Source of the DNA: a bacterium
GTDB taxonomy: Bacteria; Zhuqueibacterota; Zhuqueibacteria; Oceanimicrobiales; Oceanimicrobiaceae
Length of the DNA stretch: 38,045 nucleotides
Direction: 5' to 3'
NCBI GenBank assembly: GCA_037446635.1
Contig: JBBIIG010000032.1
Coordinates: forward strand, 1 to 38,045
The notes beneath the pieces are model-generated. The model made no database searches. It was given only the letters and a program-made list of their open reading frames with translations, and was not told the origin of the DNA. This document shows, piece by piece, positions 37,001-38,045 of the stretch. A program made the translations under genes and the position numbers. Within the stretch, counting starts at the first letter, position 1; each line of letters begins with the position of its first letter.

Positions 37001-37960
37001 CTGCACTTCCATGCCGTTGAATTCTTGCCGAGAGTAGCCGTACATATTCGAGGCGATGCGGTTGGCGTCGATGATGCGGTGGGTGTCGGCGTCAATCATG
37101 AAAATGGCGTCCTGCACGGCGGAGAAGAGCAGGCGGTATTTTTCTTCACTTTCTTTTAAAGCCCGTTCGGCGCGGCGGCGCTCGGAGACGTCCATCACGC
37201 TGCCGCGCACTAAATTTCGGCCGGCTTTGGGCAGCCGCACCAGGTGGACTTCGCAGGGAATGTCTTTGCCGGCCGCGTTGACGTGCACCCAATCGAAGTG
37301 GGGGACGCCGCCGGCAAGGGCGGCGGCAATTTTTTCGCGCGCCAACTCCTGCGAGCTTCTGCCGTCTGGCTGGTACGGCGGGCTCATTTCCACCGGCCCG
37401 ACGCCCAACAGGTCGGCGCGCTCCAGGCCGTAAAGATGGGCCGCTTTTTCATTGGCGTCGATGAACTTGCCAGTGTCGGCGTCGAGGATGACGATGGCGT
37501 CGGGCGCATACTCGACGAGGGTGCGCAAGCTCGCTTCGCTTTCCCTGAGGGCCGCTTCGGTGCGCTTGCGTTCATTGATTTCGATTTGCAGTTCGGCGGT
37601 GCGTTCCACCACCTTCTGCTCCAGCGACTTATTGAGCGTCTCCAGCTCCCGCAGCAGTTTGCGGTTCACCACGTTCAGTTGGTAGCGGGAGATGGCGTGC
37701 TCGATGGCGTAAACCAAATGAGTGAGGTAGTCGTCGCGTTTGATGATATAGTCGTACGCCCCCAGGCGCAGGGCGGCGATGGCGGCCTCTTCATCGCCCT
37801 GGCCGGTGATGATGATAAATGGAAATGAAAGGTTGAGTTCTTTGGCTTCGTGGAGAAAATCCAACGCGGACATATCGGGCATGCGCAGGTCCACCAGCAC
37901 CACATCGAAGCTGCGTTTTGTCATCAGTTCGAGGGCCTCGCGGGAGGATTCCACCACCAT
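34040..37960 (-). CDS. Sensor histidine kinase REC-6xPAS-GAF-HisKA_2-HATPase (5' end probably extends past the window)
   Basis: DLRMPD REC; six PAS units ending [13 protein letters not shown] (LRAGVGW, SQAGYTL); [32 protein letters not shown]-like frame continues upstream of 37960 through two stops. Confidence 0.9.
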   Translation of the reverse strand: MVVESSREALELMTKRSFDVVLVDLRMPDMSALDFLHEAKELNLSFPFIIITGQGDEEAAIAALRLGAYDYIIKRDDYLTHLVYAIEHAISRYQLNVVNRKLLRELETLNKSLEQKVVERTAELQIEINERKRTEAALRESEASLRTLVEYAPDAIVILDADTGKFIDANEKAAHLYGLERADLLGVGPVEMSPPYQPDGRSSQELAREKIAAALAGGVPHFDWVHVNAAGKDIPCEVHLVRLPKAGRNLVRGSVMDVSERRRAERALKESEEKYRLLFSAVQDAIFMIDADTHRIIDANRIASNMYGYSRQEFNGMEVQQLSDEPADTKQALIATATGEKKLRLYSRLHVRKDGSAFPVEISAGVFMLQEKKIICAIVRDVAERKRAEDALRESEMKFRTLVEESLVGVYIIQDGVFAYVNPELARIFGYSVEELTNHFPVERLVAKEDRQMVLENIRRRVAGETESLRYEFHGQRKEGAIINIEVHGARTIFRGKPAVIGMLVDVTERKRAEEQLRLQSTALEAAANSIVITDHEGNIQWANPATTRLAGYELSEMQGKNPRIFKSGHHDQAFYKKLWDTILAGEVWRGVMINRRKDGGHYFEEMTVTPLRDGTGRISHFIAIKQDVTERKRAEEAIRESEDRYRSLFEYSPISLWIEDFSELQSYLEQLRKNGASDLRAYLEQHPQKAIHCLKLIKVLDINKTTLTIYGAKDKNELLKGLAPMIGTEVTAAYIESIMAVAEGKKHFEIETENYTLKKNKIHISLRWNVMPGYEKNYGRVLVSIVDITERKQAELRMQESERRFRMAVNNYPSTFVIYDAKRRLQFVNAVGVKISGYQNDAMLGKRDEELFPAEVTGPYLPTLKKAVRTRQPQSTECTLELAGQKFTIIANYVPLLNEDGEIGEILGITHDITERKRAEEELTTRARQQQALVKLGERALLGEPLETLLQESTRLIAETLNVKYCKILELLPERSKLLLRAGVGWKTGYVGKAKVSAGKRSQAGYTLQSAAPVVVNDLKTEKRFRGPALLQEHNVVSGVSVIIGELKNPFGVLGVHSDEKRSFTENDVSFLQSIAHVLATVIDRKQAEKRIRDSLEEKEVLLKEIHHRVKNNMQVISSLLNLQARKISNPRAREVFKESQNRIRSMALIHERLYLSKDFARVEFADYIRTLTSHLLRVYNVHPNTVQLKMNLEPLVLTIDAAIPCGLIVNELVANCLKHAFPKGKKGVITIELEAVKNASPSKLPERRGRLVIKDNGQGLPKNFDINKTDSLGLRLVNTLVKQISGTLRFRSRKGTQFEITFKP

Positions 37961-38045
37961 GAAGTTAAATTGCGGGGCGTGTATTTAAAAGTGCCGGCGC
38001 GTGAGATAGATATCCATCTAGTCGTGCTCGAAGTAATGGATCTGG

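Noticed and set aside
37961..38045. Stop-codon reassignment or readthrough
   Set aside because: TAA and TAG end many normal genes in this window; both stop types cluster in 60 nt at the sequence end

Overview
Bacterial chromosomal segment, probably from an FCB-group lineage such as KSB1/Calditrichota (inferred from a FlgD-type C-terminal tail, Gln at +1 of several signal peptides and the repeat repertoire; not verified). Gene order: end of a FlgD/T9SS-like tailed protein; two tandem paralogous beta-propeller-like lipoproteins; methionine gamma-lyase-like PLP enzyme; NUDIX hydrolase; DUF1640-like protein; an accessory cluster (5.1-16.2 kb) with a CHASE2 adenylate cyclase, a secreted DUF4384 protein, a membrane-anchored protein, a 1005-aa multidomain lipoprotein and two secreted caspase-family (C14) proteases split by a DUF3368/UPF0175 TA pair; PA0069 radical SAM; Omp85 barrel; a polyphosphate cluster (HD, SixA, ppk1, CHAD); glmM; MocA-like nucleotidyltransferase; FAD oxidoreductase plus Tat protein; ilvE; and three two-component genes. 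No rRNA, tRNA, CRISPR or transposase gene was seen. Many intergenic gaps hold small palindromic or tandem repeats. Best leads: (1) a putative extracytoplasmic caspase-DUF4384-CHASE2/cAMP proteolytic signalling system with recurring (T/S)RG loops; (2) a 24-27 bp double-hairpin micro-element that sits inside other palindromic repeats without target duplication and inside the ppk1 coding sequence.
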